A DNA stretch of 60,599 nt from a virus. Position numbers and translations under genes: made by a program. Where the stretch lies: the IMG/VR virus record IMGVR_UViG_3300045988_080839, positions 1 to 60,599 of that record; one strand, given 5' to 3'. Below are positions 25,707 to 34,208 of the stretch, piece by piece (position 1 is the stretch's first letter; each line of letters starts with the position of its first letter). Below the pieces are notes generated by a model. That model saw nothing but the letters and a program-made list of their open reading frames with translations, ran no database searches and was not told the origin of the DNA.

Positions 25707-27143
25707 TTATTCCTCGGTAGTTGCCTTATTCTGCTGATTGTTTAATTTTTCCATAAGTTCCTGTGCTTTCTTTTCTTCTGCTTCGACATTATCAATGGTT
25801 TTCCATAATGCATCAAAGTACGGTTTAGAAACTAAATAAGTTTTTTCCGCATCTCCCCAGAGTCCAACTGTTTTAACTGCTACAAGCGGGTGTATGCCTG
25901 CCTGTAATAACTGATATAAGGTCTGTGCCTTGGTGTACATATTATCCTGTGGGCTATGGTTAATTTGTACTTCAAAATCCCTCATAGAAAGACCCAAATC
26001 ATGGTCTTTTATGCGTATAGCATTTAAAACCAGCTTTGCAAGTCTTTTTTCTGCCGACTTTACAAGCGGGTCTTTTAGCTTCGCTCTGGATTTTGAAAAA
26101 TCCCATCCGTTTCTAAGTTGCACCGCCCCTTGTGTATCGCCGCCTGTATTGCTCTGTTTATTTGGAATTGCCAAAATAGACAAGGCATTATCAATCAAAT
26201 CTTCTTTAGCGACTTGACATTGTGTCTGGTTCAATTCCTGTGTCATTACATCTACATCACTCTTGTTATCCTTGTTAATGGATTTTACTACAAGAGCACG
26301 GTTCATTTTCATTTTCTGAAATTCTTCTTCGTCAATCTCGCAATTTATAAATTTTACCCATGCTTGTACAAAGTCCTCTATATTGTCCATTCTATTAGAC
26401 TGCATATTGTTTACTGCGTCCATTATATCTATTACCAATTCGATATCTGATAATCTGGATGGGTTATTTGGGTATTCCACTATAGGAATACTTCCAAAAG
26501 CGTGTACTTTCCAGTCCTTCACATTGCTATTTACAATCTTGCATTCATAGGAATCTGTGTAGCATTGTTTATACCAGTTCCCCTCAATATCTTTCAATTC
26601 CTGCACTGCAAGAATCGGCTCTCTCGTTGAACGGTTGTAAATAATAAAAGTATTCATAGGGCTGGGTGCTACAATTCTGAATGGTATATCTCCATTAGCA
26701 AACTGCACAGCTTTAAATGATGTTCCAGTTGCCGACTGCCACTCTCCAGCTTCTATATCTTTTTCCTGCTTATTAGCATCCACAAGATAATCATTCAACT
26801 CATCAACTGCATTGTTGGTTTTATCATCATCTTTGCGACTGATATACTGGACAGGCTCGCCATATGTCTGACCAACCTTAAACTGTACCCATTCATAAGC
26901 GTGGTTCTCGCAAATTTTATTGATAATATCCTCGTTGGATATCTTTACACGGTATCTGATAGGTTGGTCACCTTTGTAATAATTCCAAAGGTACTCTATA
27001 GCCATTTTGTTAAAGTAAAAGACTCCTATGCACTGACCAATGACTTGTACAATGTTGTCTGGCGTGATAGTCTCAACATCCGTATATGCAATTTTCCGAC
27101 CATAACATCCCTTGACCAGCTCTTGAAAAGTCCTGTTGTTCAT
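25707..27143 (-). CDS. Portal protein (SPP1 gp6-like, 478 aa)
   Basis: ORF track. YYKGDQPIRYRVKISNEDIINKICENHAYEWVQFKVGQTYGEPVQY block; typical size and position. Confidence 0.8.
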   Translation of the reverse strand: MNNRTFQELVKGCYGRKIAYTDVETITPDNIVQVIGQCIGVFYFNKMAIEYLWNYYKGDQPIRYRVKISNEDIINKICENHAYEWVQFKVGQTYGEPVQYISRKDDDKTNNAVDELNDYLVDANKQEKDIEAGEWQSATGTSFKAVQFANGDIPFRIVAPSPMNTFIIYNRSTREPILAVQELKDIEGNWYKQCYTDSYECKIVNSNVKDWKVHAFGSIPIVEYPNNPSRLSDIELVIDIMDAVNNMQSNRMDNIEDFVQAWVKFINCEIDEEEFQKMKMNRALVVKSINKDNKSDVDVMTQELNQTQCQVAKEDLIDNALSILAIPNKQSNTGGDTQGAVQLRNGWDFSKSRAKLKDPLVKSAEKRLAKLVLNAIRIKDHDLGLSMRDFEVQINHSPQDNMYTKAQTLYQLLQAGIHPLVAVKTVGLWGDAEKTYLVSKPYFDALWKTIDNVEAEEKKAQELMEKLNNQQNKATTEE

Positions 27144-27152
27144 TGCTTCTCC

Positions 27153-27347
27153 TTATACAAAACAAACGCCGCTAGAAGTGGCTCTTTGTGGTAATCTCTT
27201 CGCTTCTGTCTCTCCTGTGTCATAGTGGTATATGATTCTCTTTTCACATTTGCGGCACTTACAGATTGTATTCGTCTGTGACCGCATATCATGCCTGCCT
27301 ACTGTTCTATGACATATTGGACAGTATATTGTTTTTGATTCTGTCAA
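27153..27347 (-). CDS. Small zinc-ribbon protein (64 aa, TTG start)
   Basis: ORF track. CPICH...CKCRKC. AAGGGGGATTTATT precedes the TTG. Confidence 0.5.
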   Translation of the reverse strand: MTESKTIYCPICHRTVGRHDMRSQTNTICKCRKCEKRIIYHYDTGETEAKRLPQRATSSGVCFV

Positions 27348-27370
27348 AATAAATCCCCCTTTTATGCATT

Positions 27371-27403
27371 AAAAAAGCACCGTCATGAAAACGATGCCTT
27401 TTT
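27371..27403. terminator. Hairpin terminator between the sigma-like gene and the portal operon
   Basis: Minus strand: GCATCGT-TTTCATG-ACGGTGC, then TTTTTT. An A-run on the other side makes it bidirectional. Confidence 0.6.
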
Positions 27404-27485
27404 GAGAGAGGTGTGAAAACTTATTGATTTGGTCTTTAACCATTTTAATGATACCACGCTGTATATAGGACATTCTAGGACAACA

Positions 27486-27914
27486 TCATGATTCAATATA
27501 CTGTTCACCGTATTTTTTTTCAAATTCCTTTAATGCCCTGCCGTGAAGCCTTGTAATATTCCTAAAAGAGTAATTCATTTCAGTTGCTATTACTTCAAAA
27601 GTCTTTTTCTCAATATATCTGGCAAACAGAATATTATATACATTTTCATCATCCATGCTGTCAATTTGACTTATGATTACATTTTTCTTTTCAACGTAAC
27701 CGTCTATCATTCTATCCAGTTCTTTTTCCATTTCATCTATTTTAGAAAATGTAACTCCCATTCTGTCTGGGTCAGGGGAAGTTTTTACACGTTCATCATT
27801 CTGTATAGCAGTAACATTGCACGCCATTTCCCTTAATTGCTGTATTTCCACTAACTTATTATTAATCATCCTGTTAAGTCTGCTTATTTGATTAAGATAC
27901 TCTCTTGTCTGCAT
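27486..27914 (-). CDS. Sigma-70 region-4-like transcriptional regulator (142 aa), candidate late activator
   Basis: ORF track. The C-terminal NILFARYIEKKTFEVIATEMNYSFRNITRLHGRALKEF fits a region-4 HTH. Confidence 0.55.
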   Translation of the reverse strand: MQTREYLNQISRLNRMINNKLVEIQQLREMACNVTAIQNDERVKTSPDPDRMGVTFSKIDEMEKELDRMIDGYVEKKNVIISQIDSMDDENVYNILFARYIEKKTFEVIATEMNYSFRNITRLHGRALKEFEKKYGEQYIES

Positions 27915-27916
27915 CC

Positions 27917-29698
27917 TTAATACCTCCTAAATGGGTTGTGGACTGCTTCAGCTTTTGCTGATACTCCTGTACGCATTTCATTTTCAAATAATGCAACTGA
28001 ATCCGGTGCATCATCATGCTTTACTTTTCCGCTTCGTGTTATTGTGGTAAGTTCTTTCATAAACTTGTAATACTGACTCTGCCTGTCCATTTTCTTAAAA
28101 TCTCTGAAATAATAGTCACGAATAATATTGTCTCTGGCGTTTTCCATTCTGGTTATCTTGTTAGTACAGTTGAATTTAAACCTTGCACTGCATCTTCCAC
28201 CCAGTTCTTTTACAATCTCCATTACATCACGTCCGAAATATTCTCCTGCACTGTTGCTTTCAAATGTGACAGTCTTTACATTGTGTTTAACAAGCATATT
28301 TGCGCACTCTGGCTTTGTAAATTGCGTTCCTGCGTTGTCAAATACAACATCTACTATGTAAACCTCATTTCCGTATACATAACCAATAGGCATTGAGCAA
28401 CTGTCTTCTCCCTTATCTGCGCTATCGCAAGCCGCCATGATCGCATCTGGTTCTCTGTCAATTGGTAATTCTTCAAAGTAATTAAGCTCTTTTTCAGCAA
28501 ACATACGCCCTTTTGCTTCAAATGGGGATTGTTGGAACTCTGATTCCCATGTTTCCTCTGAAACAAGTTTACGCTCTTTACGGTAATATTCTGTCGTGAA
28601 TATTTTTCTGATTCCTCGCTTATCTTTTCTTGGAATCTCCCAATTGCTCTCATCCGTAACAGGGTCTAATGCAGGAACGGCTACTTCACGCCACCGCCAT
28701 TCCAGTTCATCAGCTTTATTCTGTAGTGCTGTAATCGGGTCATACAGACTGTATTTAGTTCCCTGTATAATAATAGGCGTACCCTCTAATCTACGTCCAA
28801 GTACATCATCCGTAACTTTTTCGCAAAGGAACTCCAGGCGGTCACGATTCCTTGCTTCTTCGTGGTTTTTTACGCAGTCGTCAATGTATACAAGAACATT
28901 TGCTTCGGTACATCCTACGATTGCGCCATCAATCGGACGGCATGTAAATGTCGGGAAGATATTTTTCTTTTTAAGGTCAATTGAAAGATTTTCAGCACTC
29001 TTGTAATTTTCTCCTATCTTTGTCGCTTCTGGAAATACGCTTAAAAATCGTTGATAAGTACTTTCTGTCTCAAATCCCTGCAGCAATCCACCATAGAATC
29101 TTTTAACAAGTCCTTCTCCTTTACCAACGCCAAATATACTGCCATCCGGGTCACGCCCACCCATCATCATAGCAAGTCTCAATCCGCCTGTAGTTTTTCC
29201 AGTACGTTTAGGCTGTGATACAGACAGAAAATCAAGTTTACCGTCATATATTTCTTGGTAAGCACCTACAACTGGCTGTAATACTTTCTTTCTTGGAAAA
29301 TAAAATCTCTTGTATGGGTCTTTTTCGTCAATCTCAATATATCGGAAAAAGCTGTCTACCAGGTATGCGGATTCCAGTCTTAATACCTCATAGTAGTTAT
29401 TTAAGACTAAAAATTCGGCGTTATTATCTCCGCAGTATATCTCTAAATCGTCAATATGACCGCCGCCTGTGCTTTCCGCAACTATGCTGTCTATTAAGTT
29501 CTTTGTTTTCTTGGAAATTTCCAGTGAGAATGGTATGTCTTTGTCATTATACATACCCCACTGTATAGAATTGACATAGGCATTTATTACTTCTTCGGAT
29601 TCCCCATTTTTAACAATGTTATGGATTCCTTTTCGCTCTATGTAATTGTCATTACCTTTTAACTGGTTTATTAAATCCTTACTTGCCAAAAAGGACAC
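27917..29698 (-). CDS. terL: Terminase large subunit
   Basis: ORF track. Walker A-like SQPKRTGKTTGG. C-terminal nuclease-like half. Immediately upstream of the portal block. The true start may be the TTG at 29689. Confidence 0.85.
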   Translation of the reverse strand: MSFLASKDLINQLKGNDNYIERKGIHNIVKNGESEEVINAYVNSIQWGMYNDKDIPFSLEISKKTKNLIDSIVAESTGGGHIDDLEIYCGDNNAEFLVLNNYYEVLRLESAYLVDSFFRYIEIDEKDPYKRFYFPRKKVLQPVVGAYQEIYDGKLDFLSVSQPKRTGKTTGGLRLAMMMGGRDPDGSIFGVGKGEGLVKRFYGGLLQGFETESTYQRFLSVFPEATKIGENYKSAENLSIDLKKKNIFPTFTCRPIDGAIVGCTEANVLVYIDDCVKNHEEARNRDRLEFLCEKVTDDVLGRRLEGTPIIIQGTKYSLYDPITALQNKADELEWRWREVAVPALDPVTDESNWEIPRKDKRGIRKIFTTEYYRKERKLVSEETWESEFQQSPFEAKGRMFAEKELNYFEELPIDREPDAIMAACDSADKGEDSCSMPIGYVYGNEVYIVDVVFDNAGTQFTKPECANMLVKHNVKTVTFESNSAGEYFGRDVMEIVKELGGRCSARFKFNCTNKITRMENARDNIIRDYYFRDFKKMDRQSQYYKFMKELTTITRSGKVKHDDAPDSVALFENEMRTGVSAKAEAVHNPFRRY

Positions 29699-29784
29699 CT
29701 CCGCAAAAGCAGAAGTGCCTTGACCTCTGCCTATAATTTTTATAGGTTAGCGACTAACTCCATTTGTTAGCCGGTAATATTTTG

Positions 29785-30171
29785 TTAGATTGTTGGCATT
29801 GCGTCATCGCAAACCGGATGCAATCTATTCAAAAGTGCATTATAATCATCAATTACATACCGTGCTGGAATCGTATATGCTTTAATGCCATAGTTTTCTG
29901 CTGTTTCACTTTCAATGCTACAGTTGTTCCAATCGTAGCTCTCACATATTCCCATAAATACATCAGCCTGTGCCAGCTTCTTAATGCTCTCGCCTAAATA
30001 CCATACAGCTTCTTTGCTGTCTTTAGGCGGGTTATCCTCAATGTAGCTGTCGATAAGTTCTAATTCTTCGCCCTCGTATATTTCAGCAATCTTTTTCATC
30101 TTCTGAATACTTGCTTTGATTTCTTCCTCTGTTCTGCCTTTCATCGGCACGCTTACAAATAATTTTTTCAT
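29785..30171 (-). CDS. DUF4406 / nucleoside deoxyribosyltransferase-like protein (128 aa)
   Basis: ORF track. VSVPMKGRTEEE and LAQADVFMGICESYDWNNCSIESETAENYGIKAY fit that fold pattern. Confidence 0.4.
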   Translation of the reverse strand: MKKLFVSVPMKGRTEEEIKASIQKMKKIAEIYEGEELELIDSYIEDNPPKDSKEAVWYLGESIKKLAQADVFMGICESYDWNNCSIESETAENYGIKAYTIPARYVIDDYNALLNRLHPVCDDAMPTI

Positions 30172-30200
30172 AAAAATTCCTTTCCGCTGATAATCAGCAA

Positions 30201-30392
30201 CTAAACATTTACTAATTCATCTGCACGCCTTGTCATTTCAATTGTTGTCCCATTTTCATCTCTTGTACTAACACAAACACACTTGTCATCATGGCTTATC
30301 ATATCTGTAAGTCTAATTTCTGTTTCATCATCTTTAAAATTGTAGCATTTTCGCATTTCTTCAATGCAATTGTTCATTTCTGATATTTTCAT
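30201..30392 (-). CDS. Hypothetical protein (63 aa)
   Basis: ORF track. Co-directional packed array. Confidence 0.5.
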   Translation of the reverse strand: MKISEMNNCIEEMRKCYNFKDDETEIRLTDMISHDDKCVCVSTRDENGTTIEMTRRADELVNV

Positions 30393-30404
30393 AATCTCGC
30401 CCCC

Positions 30405-30632
30405 TCAACAATTTATTTTTATACCCTCTGTCAATACCGCAGTCTTATCCTCATTCAGAATTGCATTTCCGTTTTCATCCGTTTTATGCCATCTTGCATC
30501 AACTTTAATCATTGGACTTTGGTTTGAATGACCGATAAAATGCAACTCCATGTCCGTGCAGTTTACTTTTTTGCCGTCAATAAACACTTGTGCGGTTTCC
30601 CCATCGGATATTATCTTAATTTTTTCATTCAT
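30405..30632 (-). CDS. Hypothetical protein (75 aa)
   Basis: ORF track 30405..30641. The ATG at 30632 overlaps the upstream stop (ATGAATGA). Confidence 0.5.
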   Translation of the reverse strand: MNEKIKIISDGETAQVFIDGKKVNCTDMELHFIGHSNQSPMIKVDARWHKTDENGNAILNEDKTAVLTEGIKINC

Positions 30633-31017
30633 TCTTTCCACCGTCCATTAAAACAACATGTGTTACTTTCCCAGTTTTTGTTACTTGGTCTACTTCCAGT
30701 ACTGTCTGAAACTTATCAATATGCATATCAATATTTGTCATATGCCTAATTTGCCTATCCCCGACACACAAGCTTGTACTGCCGTCCTCATACTGTAAAA
30801 GTAATAATTTAATCTTTTTGCTTTCCTGCATTTTTGACTTTATCGTTATATCTCTGATAATCACAAGCAAAATAACCGCTATCCAATAGCACGCATATGC
30901 TGTTTTGCCTAACAAAATATAAAAAATTGCTCCTATTACGCAAGCCACAAAGCAAATAGCAATTATTCTGGCATATTCAATTAATGTCTTTGCTACAATT
31001 TTAAGTATTCTTTTCAT
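30625..31017 (-). CDS. Membrane protein (130 aa, two N-terminal TM segments)
   Basis: ORF track. IAICFVACVIGAIFYILLG and ACYWIAVILLVIIRDI. Confidence 0.5.
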   Translation of the reverse strand: MKRILKIVAKTLIEYARIIAICFVACVIGAIFYILLGKTAYACYWIAVILLVIIRDITIKSKMQESKKIKLLLLQYEDGSTSLCVGDRQIRHMTNIDMHIDKFQTVLEVDQVTKTGKVTHVVLMDGGKNE

Positions 31018-31174
31018 TCCTCATAAACCTCTCAAAATCTTCCATACATTCAGGGCACAAGTCGTATGTGACATTAAAAATACCATTCTTTGTAATGGAA
31101 TTTCCGCACAGTATTCCTTTTTTAATTTCAGCACCGCACCTGTCACAAGTGCGCCATTCTTTTTGATGTTTCAT
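31001..31174 (-). CDS. Zinc-ribbon protein (57 aa)
   Basis: ORF track 31001..31210. Start moved to MKHQKEW (GGCGGTGGAAGA RBS). CDRCG...CPEC. Confidence 0.5.
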   Translation of the reverse strand: MKHQKEWRTCDRCGAEIKKGILCGNSITKNGIFNVTYDLCPECMEDFERFMRNEKNT

Positions 31175-31188
31175 TCTTCCACCGCCTT

Positions 31189-31536
31189 TTAAACTAATCC
31201 TAGCATACATAAAATATCAAGTCCTGTTATTCTCTCTGCACCCTCTCTTGTGTGCATAAGAATATCTTTAAGTTTTTCATTTTCTGCATTGCTGTATTTA
31301 TTTCTATCATACGCTCCCGAAAAACAATAATATTTGCAATATCCATAGCCTACCCCAAGTCTGTTGCCGTGAATGTTCTTTCCGACAATATCGTAATATT
31401 TTGGCACTTTTAAAATATTGTGTTCTTCATCTAGGGTACATTCCTTTTCCTCTGCTTTTAGCTTTGATTGAAGATATTTTAAAAAACTAACAATATCTTT
31501 TTCTGATTTGGAAATGTATAAAATAGTTTCATTCAT
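31189..31536 (-). CDS. Hypothetical protein (115 aa)
   Basis: ORF track. ATGA overlap with the upstream gene. Confidence 0.55.
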   Translation of the reverse strand: MNETILYISKSEKDIVSFLKYLQSKLKAEEKECTLDEEHNILKVPKYYDIVGKNIHGNRLGVGYGYCKYYCFSGAYDRNKYSNAENEKLKDILMHTREGAERITGLDILCMLGLV

Positions 31537-31718
31537 TTCTCCACCTCTGACAAATCAACAACAATTAGCACAGAACCATAACAGTTCCATAAATCACATC
31601 TTTCTTCTTCGGCTGTTTTTCTATCAACATAAAGTGAATGCGGTTTGTTGCTTTTTACACTAACAAGTGCGTATTTGTATTCTGGATAAAACTTTTCTTT
31701 TGCTTCTGCAAGATTCAC
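31533..31718 (-). CDS. Hypothetical protein (61 aa)
   Basis: ORF track. GTG start. Confidence 0.45.
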   Translation of the reverse strand: MNLAEAKEKFYPEYKYALVSVKSNKPHSLYVDRKTAEEERCDLWNCYGSVLIVVDLSEVEK

Positions 31719-31733
31719 CGCTTCACCAGCTTT

Positions 31734-31943
31734 CTACATTTCTGATATATCCTTTATTTCACCATTCGGCAGTTTTACCTTAACTTCGCTCGCAACTACC
31801 TTTATTGTAATTTCCTTTGCCATGTCTTTTGAGTAGATACCTGATATGTTATCAATACTTACCACTCCTTTTACAATTTCGCCATCAAGTGATAATGTAA
31901 TAAATTTTCCACTTGAGTTGTCAAGCAATGCTTCTTTAACCAT
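31734..31943 (-). CDS. Hypothetical protein (69 aa)
   Basis: ORF track 31734..32084. Start moved to MVKEALL, which overlaps the upstream stop (ATGGTTAA). Confidence 0.5.
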   Translation of the reverse strand: MVKEALLDNSSGKFITLSLDGEIVKGVVSIDNISGIYSKDMAKEITIKVVASEVKVKLPNGEIKDISEM

Positions 31944-32160
31944 CTTCCACCAACTTTCTACCGCACATAGGACAATAGTTGATATCAAAATATCCACCTG
32001 CCTTACATTGCTTAAAAATGATAATCCCTGCCTTTTCATCATTGGCGTTCTTGATAATCTTCGCATATGATAAATCCGTAGCACTAGCGCATTGATTGAT
32101 TTTTATATCTTTACCGTAAATAGTATTTTCGTCTTTCCTTTGTCTGCAAAATTCACACAT
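31936..32160 (-). CDS. Zinc-ribbon protein (74 aa)
   Basis: ORF track. CEFC...CPMCG. GAGAGGAGAGAGTGAT RBS. Confidence 0.55.
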   Translation of the reverse strand: MCEFCRQRKDENTIYGKDIKINQCASATDLSYAKIIKNANDEKAGIIIFKQCKAGGYFDINYCPMCGRKLVEDG

Positions 32161-32186
32161 ATCACTCTCTCCTCTCTATGCAGTTT

Positions 32187-32221
32187 CCGTAGGCGGTTCG
32201 GACTCCAAACAACGCCTACGG
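32187..32221 (-). other. Perfect 9-bp hairpin CCGTAGGCG/CGCCTACGG just downstream of the tRNA
   Basis: Read directly from the sequence. There is no U-run after it, so it is more likely a processing or stability element than a terminator. Confidence 0.5.
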
Positions 32222-32233
32222 TACTTGCAAAAA

Positions 32234-32307
32234 TCAGAATGGCAGGAATCGAACCTGCGACCGCCTGTATATAAGACAGGTGCTCTAACCGACTGCGCTA
32301 CATTCTG
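32234..32307 (-). tRNA. tRNA-Ile with anticodon UAU (74 nt, no encoded CCA)
   Basis: Hand-folded cloverleaf: CAGAATG-TA-GCGC-AGTCGGTTA-GAGC-A-CCTGT-CTTATAT-ACAGG-CGGTC-GCAGG-TTCGATT-CCTGC-CATTCTG-A. One G-A mismatch in the D stem. Confidence 0.8.
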
Positions 32308-33340
32308 CGGCGTTAGGTTCAAGTTTTTTACTTGCTCCACACCTAACTAAGTGCAAGGTTGTGTTAGTCAGAGGTTCATCAAAACCACTCTAGGGGATTC
32401 GTTTGCCGCAAAACTGCGCATTTTCACGGTTTACAAAGAATCAGCAATAACATTACATGATCATAAAATTGTACACAAGACGAACTGAAATGATATTAAC
32501 AATTCTTCTGCACTTCTCATAAACTGCTACGCTGATGCACCAGCGCAAACTTCCAAAGTGCCACTTGCTACCCACTGGCTATTGCTGTCACAGTGTCGCT
32601 TATCTCCGCAAGTGTAGTTTTTTAAGATACCTCAAAGCAAACTCTTGATATCTCTTAGCAGATACGGTAATTACTTGAATTACCGATAGTGGCACAGGGA
32701 ATCGAACCCTGTCAGATCAAACCATGCCAACCGCTTTCAAATCTGCAATTTCTAATCACGGAAGGGTTTTCTGTTACCAATAATACCGCTACCATCCATA
32801 AGTCTCCCATCGACCGGAACTATTGCAGTAGCACCCGACTAAGTGGAGATAAGGAATTGATGTGGTGAGGATTTGAACCTCACATGATTGATTTCTGAAA
32901 GCTGCTTGTTGCTAATTACGGACAGTCTCCGCTTATTACTCGGCAAACATGCTATCAATCAGTTTCTTTGCTTGCGTTTACCCATTCCGCCACACATCTA
33001 CTACTCGCGTAGTAACTATTTAAGCTATTACCACTAAGAATTATTAAGTAAAGGGGAATCCGACTGTAACGGTCATATCTGCGTAAGCTATGGTTCGGGG
33101 TTTCACCAAGCGGTCAAGTGTTGTGGAATTTCACTCGACCGATACCAGTCGGACGGTCTCTCACCGCCCTTAACAGTAGTCCTAACTGGTGTAGAGGAAA
33201 TTACATACCTATCTCGGAAGAAAAGGTAAATAGTGTGTGCGTCCTGTCCAAAATGCTGAAAACAGGACTAATAGCAACGGTAGGAGTCGAACCTACTCTG
33301 CCCGTTTTCGTTGCTTGATAAGTTGTAATAGCTTGGATGG
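32308..33340 (-). ncRNA. Candidate large structured non-coding RNA region with three tRNA-like modules
   Basis: 1 kb with no credible ORF. Acceptor/T-arm minihelix at 33272..33315, a 142-nt tRNA-like element at 32858..32999, and an orphan T-arm at 32687..32711. Several perfect 7-9 bp stems. Confidence 0.45.
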
Positions 33341-33356
33341 TTTACATTGTCCATAA

Positions 33357-33641
33357 TTACTCCTTTGGAATTTCGTATATATTTCTGTTTAAGACCTGTA
33401 ACTCTCTTTTTGTGGCGCTCATAGTTTGCATAAGTCCTATTGCATCAAGAGATCGAATGTCAATAGGATTATAAAAATCGTTAATCTCGTCAAATACTTC
33501 CCTTGCACGTTCTGGCGTTTCATACTGCCCTATAACACGTTCCTTATCTCCTACAAGTGCCAATAAATGATTGTAATTTACGGATATAGGCGTACTCTCA
33601 AAATCTACCGACAAATCTCTTTTCTGGCTAATTATTCGCAT
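33357..33641 (-). CDS. Hypothetical protein (94 aa), paralog of 58806..59186
   Basis: ORF track 33357..33737. Start moved to MRIISQKRDL, matching the MRVISQDGTI start of the paralog. Confidence 0.5.
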   Translation of the reverse strand: MRIISQKRDLSVDFESTPISVNYNHLLALVGDKERVIGQYETPERAREVFDEINDFYNPIDIRSLDAIGLMQTMSATKRELQVLNRNIYEIPKE

Positions 33642-33798
33642 TTTCTCTCTTCTCCCTGTGTTCAAATTGGCATTCCAGCATCTTTGATATGTTCTGCCTG
33701 TCGCATTTAATGCCATGACCTTGTCTGAATAACTCACATTCTAAGACTTGACCGCATCTGGAGCACTCGTCTGTAATTTGCTTGCCGAAGATTAACAT
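33625..33798 (-). CDS. Small hypothetical protein (57 aa)
   Basis: Below the cutoff. AAGGAGTCATAGCC precedes the ATG. MLIFGKQITDECSRCGQVLECELFRQGHGIKCDRQ... Confidence 0.45.
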
Positions 33799-33800
33799 GG

Positions 33801-33941
33801 CTATGACTCCTTACCTGTTTTGTAAACGAACATAAGTATTTCAAAAACTGACCATGCCATTTTCACGCCTGCTAACCAGAATAACAATGTTGGCGCCTGT
33901 AACTTAATCAAAATCCATATAAGAATAATTCCTGTGACCAT
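33801..33941 (-). CDS. Small membrane peptide (46 aa)
   Basis: Below the cutoff. AAAAAGGAGTCAAT precedes the ATG. MVTGIILIWILIKLQAPTLLFWLAGVKMAWSVFEILMFVY. Confidence 0.5.
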   Translation of the reverse strand: MVTGIILIWILIKLQAPTLLFWLAGVKMAWSVFEILMFVYKTGKES

Positions 33942-34208
33942 ATTGACTCCTTTTTTTATTTTTGAAAAATTTTTAGAAATAGTGTGTCTGGATAATTAAT
34001 ATCTGCGTGTTGGATAATGGCTTTTTGTTTATCGGGTAGTTTTTCTGACTTAGTAGGGGCTGTCTCGTCCGTTCTTCCGACCCCCTCCCCCTGCCTGCCA
34101 GATTCATGCCATCAATCGAACATACGTTAACTATTCGCAAAATATTAATTTTCCGCACTCTTTAATGCCATTACAAAAACCCTTGAAACCCTTGTAAATA
34201 CTGCATTT

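Noticed and set aside
32687-32711. tRNA-derived attP core for a tyrosine integrase
   Set aside because: The genome encodes no tyrosine recombinase; the only integrase is a large serine recombinase 12 kb away. At most, this is a relic.
32308-33340. tmRNA or a group I intron-containing tRNA as the explanation for the tRNA-like modules
   Set aside because: No alanine-type acceptor with a tag-peptide reading frame could be found, and the longest tRNA-like unit is only 142 nt. That is too short for a group I intron or a tmRNA. This is not fully excluded without covariance-model searches.
33973-34158. 61-aa minus-strand ORF in the gap downstream of the terS candidate
   Set aside because: It has no RBS, an Arg/Gly/Ile-rich odd composition, and spans a G-rich tract (GGCAGGGGGAGGGGGTCGG). 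It is more likely non-coding.
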